Shown here: piece after piece, positions 37,245 through 48,137 of the stretch | Position numbering within the stretch: position 1 is the first letter of the stretch | How the letters are laid out: each line of letters starts with the position of its first letter | Assembly: GCF_964188315.1 (NCBI RefSeq) | Contig: NC_135667.1 | Coordinates: forward strand, 25,110,001 to 25,174,000 | DNA: 64,000 nt | Direction: 5' to 3' | Source of the DNA: Podarcis muralis | Taxonomy: Eukaryota | The notes under the pieces: generated by a model | Told to the model about the DNA's origin: nothing | The model's input: only the letters and a program-made list of their open reading frames with translations | Databases searched by the model: none | Made by a program: the position numbers and the translations under genes

Positions 37245-40200
37245 TCCAAACACTTTCATTGGATTTTAATAATGACAGGCAGATATAAAAGGAATAAGTG
37301 AAATAAAGAAAGGTTTCAAAAAGATTAGCTGACACAATTGTCGCATAATGCAGCTATGTGATCTACTGAGTCAATAACTAATCATACCGAGTGGCAAAGA
37401 ATGTGTGGCCCATAATTACAAAGGGTTCCATGGTCTAAGTGAAAACATTTTATTATTATTATCATTTCAAAAAAGAATGTAAAAAGTAATCTTGAACTGT
37501 AGCCAATGCTGACACTTACATAGACCTGTAGTACCCCATGCTTCTGAGCCACTGCATTTGTGTATAAAATAAAATTAGGCCGAGTGGCAAAGAAGCGATC
37601 TCTGAGCTTCCATTTGCTGGGGGAAGTAAGTCTCTAGTCCTCCTTGAAAGCAAAATGTTCAAGTATCCCTCTAGACAATTTTTGTGAGGCAGCCAGGCTG
37701 CTCCTACCTCTTAGGATTTTAGCCAATAATGAAGTCAGAAATGAGCTAGGCAAAATGAATCAACTGGTTCCTAAATAATTGCTGTCTCACCTTCCCAGTT
37801 ACTGCACTTTTCCTGCTTCTACTTTTCTAATGCCTACCTTACTCTCAAAGCACTTCAGGGACATCTATGGATTGCTTCTGTGAGTCATTAACATTACCAA
37901 TAATCAGTTGGCTTCTATCTAACTGAAGAGGAAATCACATTTAATTTTGCAAGAGCCCCCCCCCCCCCAAGCCATGAACACATGGTAGACTAGGATACAT
38001 GTCCTAAAGCCCATTCTACTATGGTAAAGCACAAGACAAATATTCAGATCGCAGGACATGTCTTTCTGGGCGCTTCCCAGTTACTGCAGCTTTCCTGCTT
38101 CTACTTTTTTAATGCCCTCTCCCGCCATACTTTTAAAGATGCTCTTCACACACAATAGAAAACCTATATATTTTCATAAATGCTAACAGCAACTTTTAAA
38201 CCCTCATTCCGCTAATACAGATCTTGAGCACCTCATCCAGTTTTGCCTTACAGTTATTTGGATGGGAAATACTGTTTATGGAAGGACTGCAGATAAAGAA
38301 TTTTAAATCAACACCTTACATGTGGCCTGTGTTCTCCTCCAGCTCAGTTATGGTTCATTTGATCCAGTGCTAAGTGATAAAACCCGATTCCCTTTCTTCT
38401 ATCGGATGGTACCAAATGAAGTCATGCAGATTAAGGGGGTAATCCAGTTACTCCTGCATTTCTCATGGAAATGGGTTGGTCTCATTGCCCCAGATGATCA
38501 CAGTGGAGAAACCTTTGTTCAGACTCTGAAGGGATTGCTCACTCAGCATAATCTTTGTGTGGCTTTCACTCATAGTATCTTGGCAATAACCTCTGCCAGT
38601 GACACAGATATAGAAAAGGAAGCGGCAAAAATGTATCACACATTCTCTCAAACCAAAGCCAATGTGGTTGTTGTATGTGGGGATTCCCAATCCCTAATCC
38701 TATTTACTTTCTGGATAGATGTGAATTATCAAGGTGCTCAAATGGCTCTCATAGGGAAAGTTTGGATCATGAATGCCCAGTGGGACTTTACTGCAGTGGA
38801 CTCTCAGAGTTTCTGGTCTCTAAAACATTTCCATGGTGCTCTGGCTTTCACAATTCACACAGCGGTTGTGCCAGGTTTCCAAGATTTTCTTAAGGCCTTT
38901 AATCCTCAGCGATATCATCCAAAAGACGTGTTCATGAAAGAATTCTACAAGAAAGTATTTCACTGTGGAGTTATCTACTCTGATAGGACCAGTGAGATAA
39001 GATGTTCAACAGAGGAACACCTGGAGTCTCTGCCAGGAGCTGTGTTTGAAATGAGCATGTCTGGTCAGAGCTATAGTGCCTACAATGCTGTTCATGTCAT
39101 AGCCCATGTTTTACATGAAATGCACTTATCCACCTCCAAGCACATAAAGTTGGGGAAAAGAAGCAGATTCAGACTGAGGAATGTGCAGCAGCAGGTAACA
39201 TGTTTCAATATTTATTATTCTTTTATTGATAGATGATGCTGATCCTGATGGTGATGATGTGACCAAAGTCAATTTGCCCAACTTGATGCCCTCCCTAATT
39301 TGAACTGAAAATCCCATCATCCTTGATCATTCTCCAGGCTCTAAGATTTCTCCAACAATCCCTACCATATGATGTGATTGTTTTGTTTTGTTTTAAAAAA
39401 GCTACACCATATGTTAAGAAACATCAGGTTTAACAATAGTGCTGGGGAAGAGATATTTTTTAATGAGCACCAGGAGTCTACAACTGGATATGATATTGTG
39501 AATTGCTATGTGTTCCCTAATGGATCCCTCATTCGAGCTAAAATTGGTATAATGGACGCCCATACATCAGTACACAGGAAGTTTATCATTAAAGATAATG
39601 CAATAACTTGGAACAGTTGGTTCAACAAGGTGGGTTATTTTAGTCATTAATATTATATGCACAAATAACAAAGTCATTGTGTCATGCTTCATAAGCCATA
39701 AGTTCTGCACCACCCACATGCAAGAGGAGACATCAGCAGTGTAAGAAGTTCCCCAGATATCTAGAAAAGTTGGGGAGCCTCTAACCCCCTGCAACTGGCA
39801 CTTGGGACTCTCACTAAGCCACACTCCTATTTCCTCTGCTTTGTACCCTCCTTTAGAGTTTTTGCCTCACTAGAATGTGCCCTTGAATGCCCACCATCTA
39901 TTATACAATGGTGTGAGGGAATCACATTTGAGCATATTTTCTATAGACATCAATTTCACTTGAATACGTACTTCGACATCTAGAGGGTTTATATGAATTC
40001 ATACTTTTAACTTAAGATGCATGTTCTGATGGTTACTATGCCCACAAAATAACCTATAGTGTTTTGTTGTTGTTGTCTTTTTATTAGTATTTTTAAATTT
40101 TTCTTTCGTTCTTCACTTTCAGTGATTTCCCCCCTTCCTTTTCTTACTTAAATATGAAAATAATAGAAGGAAGGAAGGATAGCATGGATAAATTTGCCCC

Positions 40201-42109
40201 CAACAGAATGGTGATGTGTCATTCCTTAGTCATAGGCCAGTAAATAGTGTGACCTTTATTTGAGTCAGGGGTAAGAATGTAATACAACTAGTGCAATAAT
40301 CTCTGCTGTTCCCTATGTCACTATTCACAGGATTACACCTATCTACCCCAAGTGAAGGATTAGCATCCTCCACCAGCAATACTTTAATCACCTTATTTTT
40401 CGGTTTAGGCCCTGCCCCGCTCTGTGTGTTCTGAAAGCTGCCATCCTGGATACAGCCAGAGAGTTCAGGAGGGTAAACAAGTCTGCTGCTATGATTGCAC
40501 TCCATGCCCAGAAGGGATGATTTCTAACCAGACAGGTAGGAAAGTCCTGGAGTCCCATAGTTCTTTCAGTACTAAGTATGGGGCTAGGTGAAATTTCTTT
40601 CTCCACTTCACAACCCAATTTGTATGAAGTGAAGGTGTGTGGACAAGTGGGCAAGAATTAGAGTGATGGAAAGAAAATGCCCAGGCTCTGTAACATTTGG
40701 CTGGGATGCCCCTGAGAATGAGACTGCATGATGATGTATTGCCATTCCCAGCACTGTAAATCTGACTTTAAAAAGAGAAATCTTCATACAAACTACCATA
40801 AGTTATAGCCTGAAGAAGGGAAGAACATGCATGCCAACTAATTCCTCCAGGTAAGCAACAAAGTTAAAATTCAGGAAGCCTAGCAGCAGTGAAGCTGAAA
40901 GCCCCTCCCCACAAAAAGAAAACAACTAAATATAAACAACTAGCTATTAAAAACTGGAACCTCTGTATCAGGGCTACTTAATGTGGTGTAGTCAAGATAT
41001 ACTTGAACTCCAGCTCCCATCATCCCTGACCATTGGTCATGCTGGCTGGGAATGACGGGAACTGTATTCTAACAATATCTAGAATATTGGCTACCCCTGC
41101 TCTACATACATTTCTGATGGGCTTTGCCCACAAAATCCTCGTTCCCCGATTCTACCTTGATTTCACCTGTTATCTTACATCACTAACAGTTTCTACTCTT
41201 TTAAAAGATGCAGATCATTGTGACAGATGTCTAAATGAGCAGCACTCCAACCAAGAACGGAATCAATGCATTCCAAAAGTAATTCACTTCCTCTCATATG
41301 AAGAACCTTTGGGAATGGCTTCAGCTACCTGTTCCCTCATGTTGTCTTTAGTCACTGCTCTGATACTTCAAATATTCATTAAGCATCAACACACTCCAAT
41401 TGTCAAAGCCAACAACCGAGATATCACCTACATTCTGCTTGTCTCTCTCCTGTTTTGTTTCCTCTGCCCCTTGCTCTTTATTGGTAGGCCAAGGAAAGTG
41501 ACCTGCCTTCTCCGACAAACAGCATTTGGGCTCATCTTCTCTGCTGCTGTTTCTTCTTTGCTGGCCAAAACCATCACTGTGGTCCTGGCTTTCAAAGCCA
41601 CACAGCCAAGTAGCAATATGAGGAAATGGATGAGGAAAAGAGTAGCCAACTCCATTGTCCTGTTCTGTTTCCTTGGCCAATTTGTAATATGCACTGTATG
41701 GTTAGGAGCAAACCCTCCCTTCCCGAGCTTAGACATGCACTCTGAAAGTGGACAGATCATAGTTCAGTGTGATGAAGGATCAGTCACTATGTTTTATTGT
41801 GTCCTCAGCTACATGGGCCTTTTAGCCATTATCAGTTTTCTGGTAGCTTTCCTTGCAAGGAACCTGCCAGATAGTTTTAATGAAGCTAAATTTATCACTT
41901 TCAGCATGTTGGTGTTTTGCAGTGTTTGGGTCTGCTTTGTTCCAACTTACCTCAGCACCAAAGGGAAATACATGGTAGCTGTGGAGATCTTCTCCATCTT
42001 AACTTCTGCTGCAGGTTTACTTGGCTGTATCTTTTTTCCAAAATGTTATATTGTCATTTTGAAACCTAGTCTTAACACTAAAGGGCATCTCATAAGGAAA
42101 TCCGACTAG
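34461..42109 (+). CDS. Vomeronasal type-2 receptor (V2R, class C GPCR), 6 exons, 869 aa: join(34461-34669,35496-35787,38343-39194,39402-39629,40409-40535,41208-42109)
   Basis: Signal peptide, Venus flytrap ([19 protein letters not shown]; SYGSFDP; WKWVGLI), Cys-rich ([21 protein letters not shown]) and 7TM ([11 protein letters not shown]; [16 protein letters not shown]). All introns GT-AG, phases consistent, 2610 nt in frame; exon sizes 292/228/127 typical of V2R. Confidence 0.93.
35496..35787 (+). CDS. V2R exon 2
   Basis: Acceptor ttgtag|g, [16 protein letters not shown]...YKMAQ, donor cag|gtatgg; 292 nt. Confidence 0.92.
36451..36486. repeat. (GA)n microsatellite in V2R intron 2
   Basis: Directly visible; a (TTTC)n run also lies at ~37195-37245. 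Confidence 0.95.
37791..38116 (+). repeat. 44-bp direct repeats (37791-37834, 38073-38116) flanking a templated copy of 33523-33745
   Basis: cttcccagttactgca..ttcctgcttctactttt.taatgcc occurs twice, 41/44 identical. Confidence 0.85.
38343..39194 (+). CDS. V2R exon 3
   Basis: ctccag|LSYGSFDP...NVQQQ|gtaaca. Confidence 0.92.
39402..39629 (+). CDS. V2R exon 4
   Basis: aag|[17 protein letters not shown]...WFNK|gtgggt; 228 nt. Confidence 0.9.
40409..40535 (+). CDS. V2R exon 5 (Cys-rich domain)
   Basis: tttag|[15 protein letters not shown]...SNQT|gtagg; missed by the ORF track. Confidence 0.92.
41208..42109 (+). CDS. V2R exon 6 (7TM)
   Basis: aag|DADHCDRC...[12 protein letters not shown]...stop. 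Confidence 0.95.
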
Positions 42110-42172
42110 TATCATCTTTGTGGCATCTTCTTCATTTTCTCATCAGAAATCAACCTCTGTTTTGACCCTAAA

Positions 42173-42222
42173 CTCATCTTCCAGAATAAAGCATATCTGC
42201 TCATCTTCCAGAATAAAGCATA
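42173..42222 (+). terminator. Candidate V2R polyadenylation signals: tandem 27-bp-period duplication, each unit with AATAAA
   Basis: ctcatcttccagaataaagcata twice; AATAAA at 42185 and 42212, ~75-100 nt after the stop. Confidence 0.45.
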
Positions 42223-44110
42223 AAGCAAAAATGGGGGGGGGGGGGGTAATCATGAAAAAGGCAAGTTCTAGAAATGTATTTATGTGTTTTCAGATTAGGT
42301 TTGTGTTAATTTGAAAATATATTTTGAGAATAAGGAAAGAAAATACAGTGAAGTTACTCACTTTCCCCTCCCATGCATACACATCAACATGAATCAGTCA
42401 AAACTGATAAACATGGCAACTAAATTGTACATACGTCAATCTATCACCCATTTATTCTGGTCTTTACTCTGACCCTAAAAGTCATGAGGTTCATCAACAT
42501 TTCTCCAGTCTACATGTTATTTCCAGATACCTGATCATGTTTATTTATTCTATCTCACTGTCACTAAACACTGAGAATGATATGCTGTCATTTCTGATGT
42601 GAGGCATGTCAATTGTGAGGGGATAATTGAAATAAGTTATTTCCAATGTACCAGCACCAAGTTCTTATAACAACAATTTCAAGGAAAGGAAATCATTATG
42701 AGATTGGTATCTCATAAATTGGGTCCCAGGGGCCAAAGGGGAATCTCTATGGGAAGTGAAAACATTAACCAGTCCTACTGAGAAATAACAGGCCATACAT
42801 TAATAGGAAAACAACATCAATGGTGTTGCTGACCCTGTTGCATTAGAATCAGTGTATAAATAGTTACCTCACAATGTTGCTTTAGAATTCAAGAAGATCA
42901 CCAAGCAATACTAATGGATGATCTAACTATAGACAACCTGGATTTCTGCCATCTTTCTTTAGCTTGAGAATAGTTGTATTTTTAATGCTTCACAGTGGTA
43001 CATGGTGTAATCATTTTTGGAATAAAACTTCTTACTTGTCTTCCATGCTAAGTTTTCTATTCTTGAGAGAAATTAAATGCACCTTCAGATATCTGCAGTG
43101 CTTATGAGGTGTGTGTGCATTCAGATAATCTAGGAGACAGCTGAGGAAGGTGTATAGGTGAACCTCCCATGGTTCTTTTAGAAATTAAGGCAGGAAGAAT
43201 TGTTCTGGGTATTTGTTTAAAAAAATCATATTGAGAGGGAGACAATGACTAACTTGGGCAAGAAAATCCCTTTGGCACACTGACAAAAAAGGTAAGTTGT
43301 TTTTTTTGGGGGGGAGCATATAGTGATGGGCCATCTTGCCCATTGCCCTAAGGACCCTTAATCGATTATCTCAAAACAGATGTGTGCGAAAGCTATGGAG
43401 TGTAAATGGCCCACACTGGAATAGAGTACTTGCAAATCTTTCTGCTTCAATAGAAGAATATAAAAAGGTCACATTCTCAGAGTCTTCAGCACATGGGCAT
43501 TTAAACACTGCTTGTTGTTTCTAGTTGAATTCTGTTTTGAAATGGTCACTTGAAATGTCTTTTTGAAAGCCTCTTGGTGTTTTGCTCAAGTAAAAAACTG
43601 ATAAGGAGAGGTCTGAATCATAGCACAGTCCCAGAGCACATGTTTTGCATGCAGAAGACGCCAGGTAAAAAATATGATGTAGCAAGAATTGGAATGGGGA
43701 ATAAATTTGGTAGCGTGTTAATAACTTTGAGCATCATCAGAAAACAGCTCTCAGTCATTCATTTGTTTTCCTAAAAACAGGTTTCCCCACTGAGACTGCA
43801 ATCCTATACACATTTAATTGGGAGGAGGCCCCAGTGAACTCAATGGGACTTATTTCTGCAAAGATGTGCATAGTATTGTGCTGTAAATCAGCAGCTTTTT
43901 CTGTATTCTATGGTGAGCTGTGGTCCTTCTGCATTTTGCTTACTATGCATGAAAGGAGCAGGAGTGCAGCCCATATCAATTAAAATCAGTACTAATGGAC
44001 CTACAGTCCAATTACATATCAAGAAGTACTGACATTCACATCAAACCTAATTAGAATTAAATCAGAGGAGAGACTTGTCTGAGATCTTTATGTCTGGGGT
44101 ATGAAGAATT

Positions 44111-45076
44111 TATTTTTCGGGATGCTTAAAACGAATAGGGACTGCAAAGAGCTCTAACTTATCCAAACTGAGTAAATACGCAGTAAGATGGCAAATGCAA
44201 TTCACCATAAACAAGAGTAAAGTGATATATGTCAGGGAAGGGAGGAATTTTAATTTCACTTATGCATTCATGGGGCCTGAAATGGCAGTGACTCACCAGG
44301 AATGAGACCTTGTAGTGAAATTGAATAACTTAATGAAGTTGACAACCCAGTGTATGGAAGATATAAAAAAGTCAAATTCCATGCTAGGGACCATTATTTT
44401 TAAAAATGAAAATAAAACTGCTGTTCTACAAATAAATGGTTTGATTGGTTCTGGTCATCACCTCTAAATGATACAGTATAGTAGGGATAGGTTCTGGAAA
44501 TGGAAGCCAAATAAAATAAGGTGATGGAGTGACTAAACCATGAGAAAAGGTTACAGCATTTGGGAGTTTTTAATTTAGAGAAAAGGTAAATAAGACCCAA
44601 CAACATAAAAGTTTATAAAATTATGGATGCCATGGAGAAAGTGGGTAGAGACATTTTTCTCCCTCTATCATAAGGCTGTAATTTATGGAAATCCAGTGAA
44701 GATGAATGTTGGAAGATTCATGACAGATAAAAGGAAGCACTTCTTCATGCAACACATATTCAAACTATGGAACTCATTCCCATGGGAGGCAGTGATGTCT
44801 ACCAACTTGGACGGATTTAAAAAAGGATTGGACAACTTCAATGTGGATAAGGCTATCAATAGCTACTAACCGTGATGGCTATGTTCCACCTCTACAAGTA
44901 GGAGGCAGTATGCTCCTGGATACCAGTTCCTGGCAAGCTCAGAAAGGTAGAGTGCATTTGTGCTTGAACCCTGCTTGCAAGTTTCCCACAGGTATCTGTG
45001 TGGCCACTGTGAGAATAGGAAGCTGAAGTGGTTCGACGACTGGCTTGATCCAGCAGGTTCTTCTTATGTTTTCATG
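44111..45076 (+). mobile_element. Degenerate CR1 LINE 3' part (RT C-terminus and 3' UTR)
   Basis: RWQMQF..KSKV, RKHFFMQHIFKLWNSFP, FKKGLDNF; 3' UTR tggccactgtgagaatagg...tgatccagcaggttcttcttatgtt. Ends ~280 bp upstream of the OR ATG. Confidence 0.85.
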
Positions 45077-45355
45077 CTATGTTCACACTCTTTGTGTGAA
45101 TGTTGCCCAAGTGGAAGTGCAGCCCTTGGCCTGAAATATATTTGCTACCCCTGCTCTAGGGTGTGACACAAGAATGGTAACCTGAATAGATGAAAAAGAA
45201 CTTACTGTTACATTACAAATGTAATCCACAGCTGCCCTGTGAGTGTAAACGCCATAACATGTATTATTAATATCTGTCTGAAGCTAGGTTTTTGCTATTT
45301 GTTATTAAGAATATATTATATTACTTTTATTTTGAAGGTCATTAACAGATACAAT

Positions 45356-46294
45356 ATGGTCTCAGAAAACCAAACTTCTGTGAATGAATTCATCCTCCTT
45401 GGTTTCTCTAATCCTCAAAGGCTTCAGACTTTTCTCCTGGCACTCTTCCTATTGGCATACATCTTGGCCATATGTGGGAACATCACAATTATCACCATTG
45501 TTCAGTTACATCAGAAGCTCCAAACTCCCATGTATTTATTCCTAAGCCATTTGTCTTTGATAGAAATTGGACACATGACAAACACTATCCCCAAAATGTT
45601 GTTCGACTTCTTAAAAGACAGGAAAGTGATCAGCATGACTGGTTGCTTCACACAGCTTTACTTCAACCTCTTCCTGGGCCTGACAGAGAACTTCCTGCTG
45701 GTGCTTATGGCTTATGACCGCTTCTTAGCCATCTGTAACCCTATGAACTATACCACAGTGATGAACAATAGAGTCTGTAAATCGCTGATTCTTGGGTGTT
45801 GGGTGGGAGCTTTCCTTGCTCCCTTGCCCCCAACCATTTTTCTCGCTACGCTGGATTTCTGTGGGCCCAATATAATCAACCATTTCTTCTGTGATCTCGC
45901 CCCAGTGCTGACTCTTCCGTGTAGGGGGAAATCATTCATTGAATTTTTCTTTTTCATGTCCATTTCTTCAATGGTTTTGGGTTGCTTTTGCTTGATTACG
46001 GTGTCTTATATCAACATCATTGTGACTATACTGAGGATGCCATCCAGTGGGGGAAGGCGTAAAGCCTTCTCCACTTGCACTGCCCATCTTAGTGTAGTAT
46101 TAATATATTATGGCTCAGTCATCTATATGTATGTGAGGCCTTCAGCAAGGGATATCCATAATACAGACAAAGTAGTGTCTGTCTTCTATTGTGTGGTGAC
46201 ACCATTTCTGAACCCTTTCATCTACACCTTGAGGAATACTCAGGTCCATGAAGCATTTAAAAGCATAATAGTAAAGAAGAGAGTATTCTATTAA
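45356..46294 (+). CDS. Olfactory receptor, OR11/OR6-like (312 aa)
   Basis: Intact ORF: LQTPMYLFL, MAYDRFLAICNP, FFCDLAP, KAFSTCTAHL, PFLNPFIYTLRN. Start MVSENQT (ATG 45356) after acceptor attaacag. Confidence 0.95.
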   Translation: MVSENQTSVNEFILLGFSNPQRLQTFLLALFLLAYILAICGNITIITIVQLHQKLQTPMYLFLSHLSLIEIGHMTNTIPKMLFDFLKDRKVISMTGCFTQLYFNLFLGLTENFLLVLMAYDRFLAICNPMNYTTVMNNRVCKSLILGCWVGAFLAPLPPTIFLATLDFCGPNIINHFFCDLAPVLTLPCRGKSFIEFFFFMSISSMVLGCFCLITVSYINIIVTILRMPSSGGRRKAFSTCTAHLSVVLIYYGSVIYMYVRPSARDIHNTDKVVSVFYCVVTPFLNPFIYTLRNTQVHEAFKSIIVKKRVFY

Positions 46295-46740
46295 GGTATG
46301 CTCAATTTTTAAAAACTTCTTTATTTAATGCCAGAAATACAAATTCTAATGCAGATATTATGTGTGACTGAAATGCCATCATTTCTTATTGCGACAAATA
46401 CTTGAATATCATATAGAAATATATGATATAGATTGTTGAAAAATTATGTTGTTTGTTTGAATATATTTTATTATTTTACAAGAATGAATAAAACATAACC
46501 ATTTTATTCCATCCCGGGAATCCTTCTTTTGTTTTAACAAAGTGTGCTAATTCCACCAAAAGAACATGAGACATTTCTAAATTCCAGAAATAATGAATCA
46601 CAATAAAAGGATACTTCATTTATGTAAGCTAAAATAAATCAACATTATATTGATATTATAGCTACATCAACTAGGCAAAGTACACAACTTAGTGAAATCC
46701 AAAATGCAATGGGGAAAATTGCATTCTATGTAAAAAAGAG

Positions 46741-47037
46741 TGTTGTTGTTGTTGTTTAGTCGTTTAGTTGTATCCAACTCTTTGTGACCCCATGGACCAG
46801 AGCATGTCAGGCTTCCACTGCCTCCTGCAGTTTGTTCAAACTCATGTTCGTAGCTTCGAGAACACTGTCCAACCATCTCGTCCTCTGCCGTCCCCTTCTC
46901 CTTGTGCCCTCAATCTTTCCCAACAACAGGGTCTTTTCAAGGGAGTCTTCTCTTCTCATGAAGTGGCGAAAGTATTGGAGCCTCAGCTTCAGGATCTGTC
47001 CTTCCAGTCAGCACTCAGGGCTGATTTCCTTCAGAAA
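46741..47037 (-). mobile_element. RTE-BovB 3' fragment with (CAA)n tail
   Basis: Reverse complement closely matches 5060-5365; (ttg)n tail at 46741. Confidence 0.9.
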
Positions 47038-48033
47038 TAGTGTATAAGGCTCAGAAAAATGAGTACAATTTAAATACATACTTTTTGTGCATTCTTTCAA
47101 AAATACCCAAGCAAAATGGGTTGGGATAGAACTATGATTGGGCACTGAGATTGGACAGAATTAAGGTTCTCAGTATTTCCTTAATAAGAATAACAAGCCA
47201 AGAGAGACAAAGAAAAATCCATTATGTGAATCACAATGGGTGGATGTTTCATAAATTGGCTCCCATGAGCCAATTGTGGCTCTGCATGGAAATATAAAGC
47301 TTTTTTTAAAAAAAAAATACTACCGGGAGAAAGCACAACATACATTCCAGTAGGAAAACACCATCTACAAAGTAAGGACATTATAAAACAATCACCTTAT
47401 TCATTTTTAAAGACTGCTTTAAGTAGATTGCCAAACAATGCTGATGGACTTTAGACTATATATACTCCTTCCACCTTTCTTCAAAAGGGAAATAGTTGTT
47501 TTCATTTTATACTTAACAATATTTAGCAGTTTATTGAGTTCAGCTTCTATTTTTCTTTGTATGCAGTATTTTCTGGCCTTGAAAGGAATTAAATGCACCG
47601 TCAGATATCTGCCATAGTTACAAGGTTTGTGTGTGCTCAGATCATTCATCTGGTATCTGAGAAACATGTAAAGATGACCCTCCTGCAGTTTTAGTTTTAG
47701 GGGGATCCAGTAGATAGGATTGATTTCAACATCTCTTAAGTATTCTTTTAGTTCAAAGTGAGAAGAAAATAAGGGTCAGATTGGGCAAGAAAATCAGGTA
47801 AGAGTTGAAAATATGTAGCAAGAGGCCACTTTCTATAATTTCTCATAATATCAATGACCTTAAAAGGAATGAATGAATGAATGAATGAATGAATGAATGA
47901 ATGAATGAATAAATTTATTACGGTCATAGACCAGAAGAAAAGAAAAAAAAAACATAAAAGGCAACAGTAGTTTACGAGGGAATGATGGTGTCAATTAAAA
48001 GTTGTAAAATTATACATAAAAACAATACACATA

Positions 48034-48067
<34 letters not shown>

Positions 48068-48137
48068 CTCATATATGCACTACAGTATATGTATAGACTT
48101 AAAAAAAGGGGGGGGGCTTGTCCAGGGGTCAGATCTT

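Noticed and set aside
37579-37610. U2 snRNA-like start (atcgcttct on the minus strand)
   Set aside because: Only 9 nt match; chance level.
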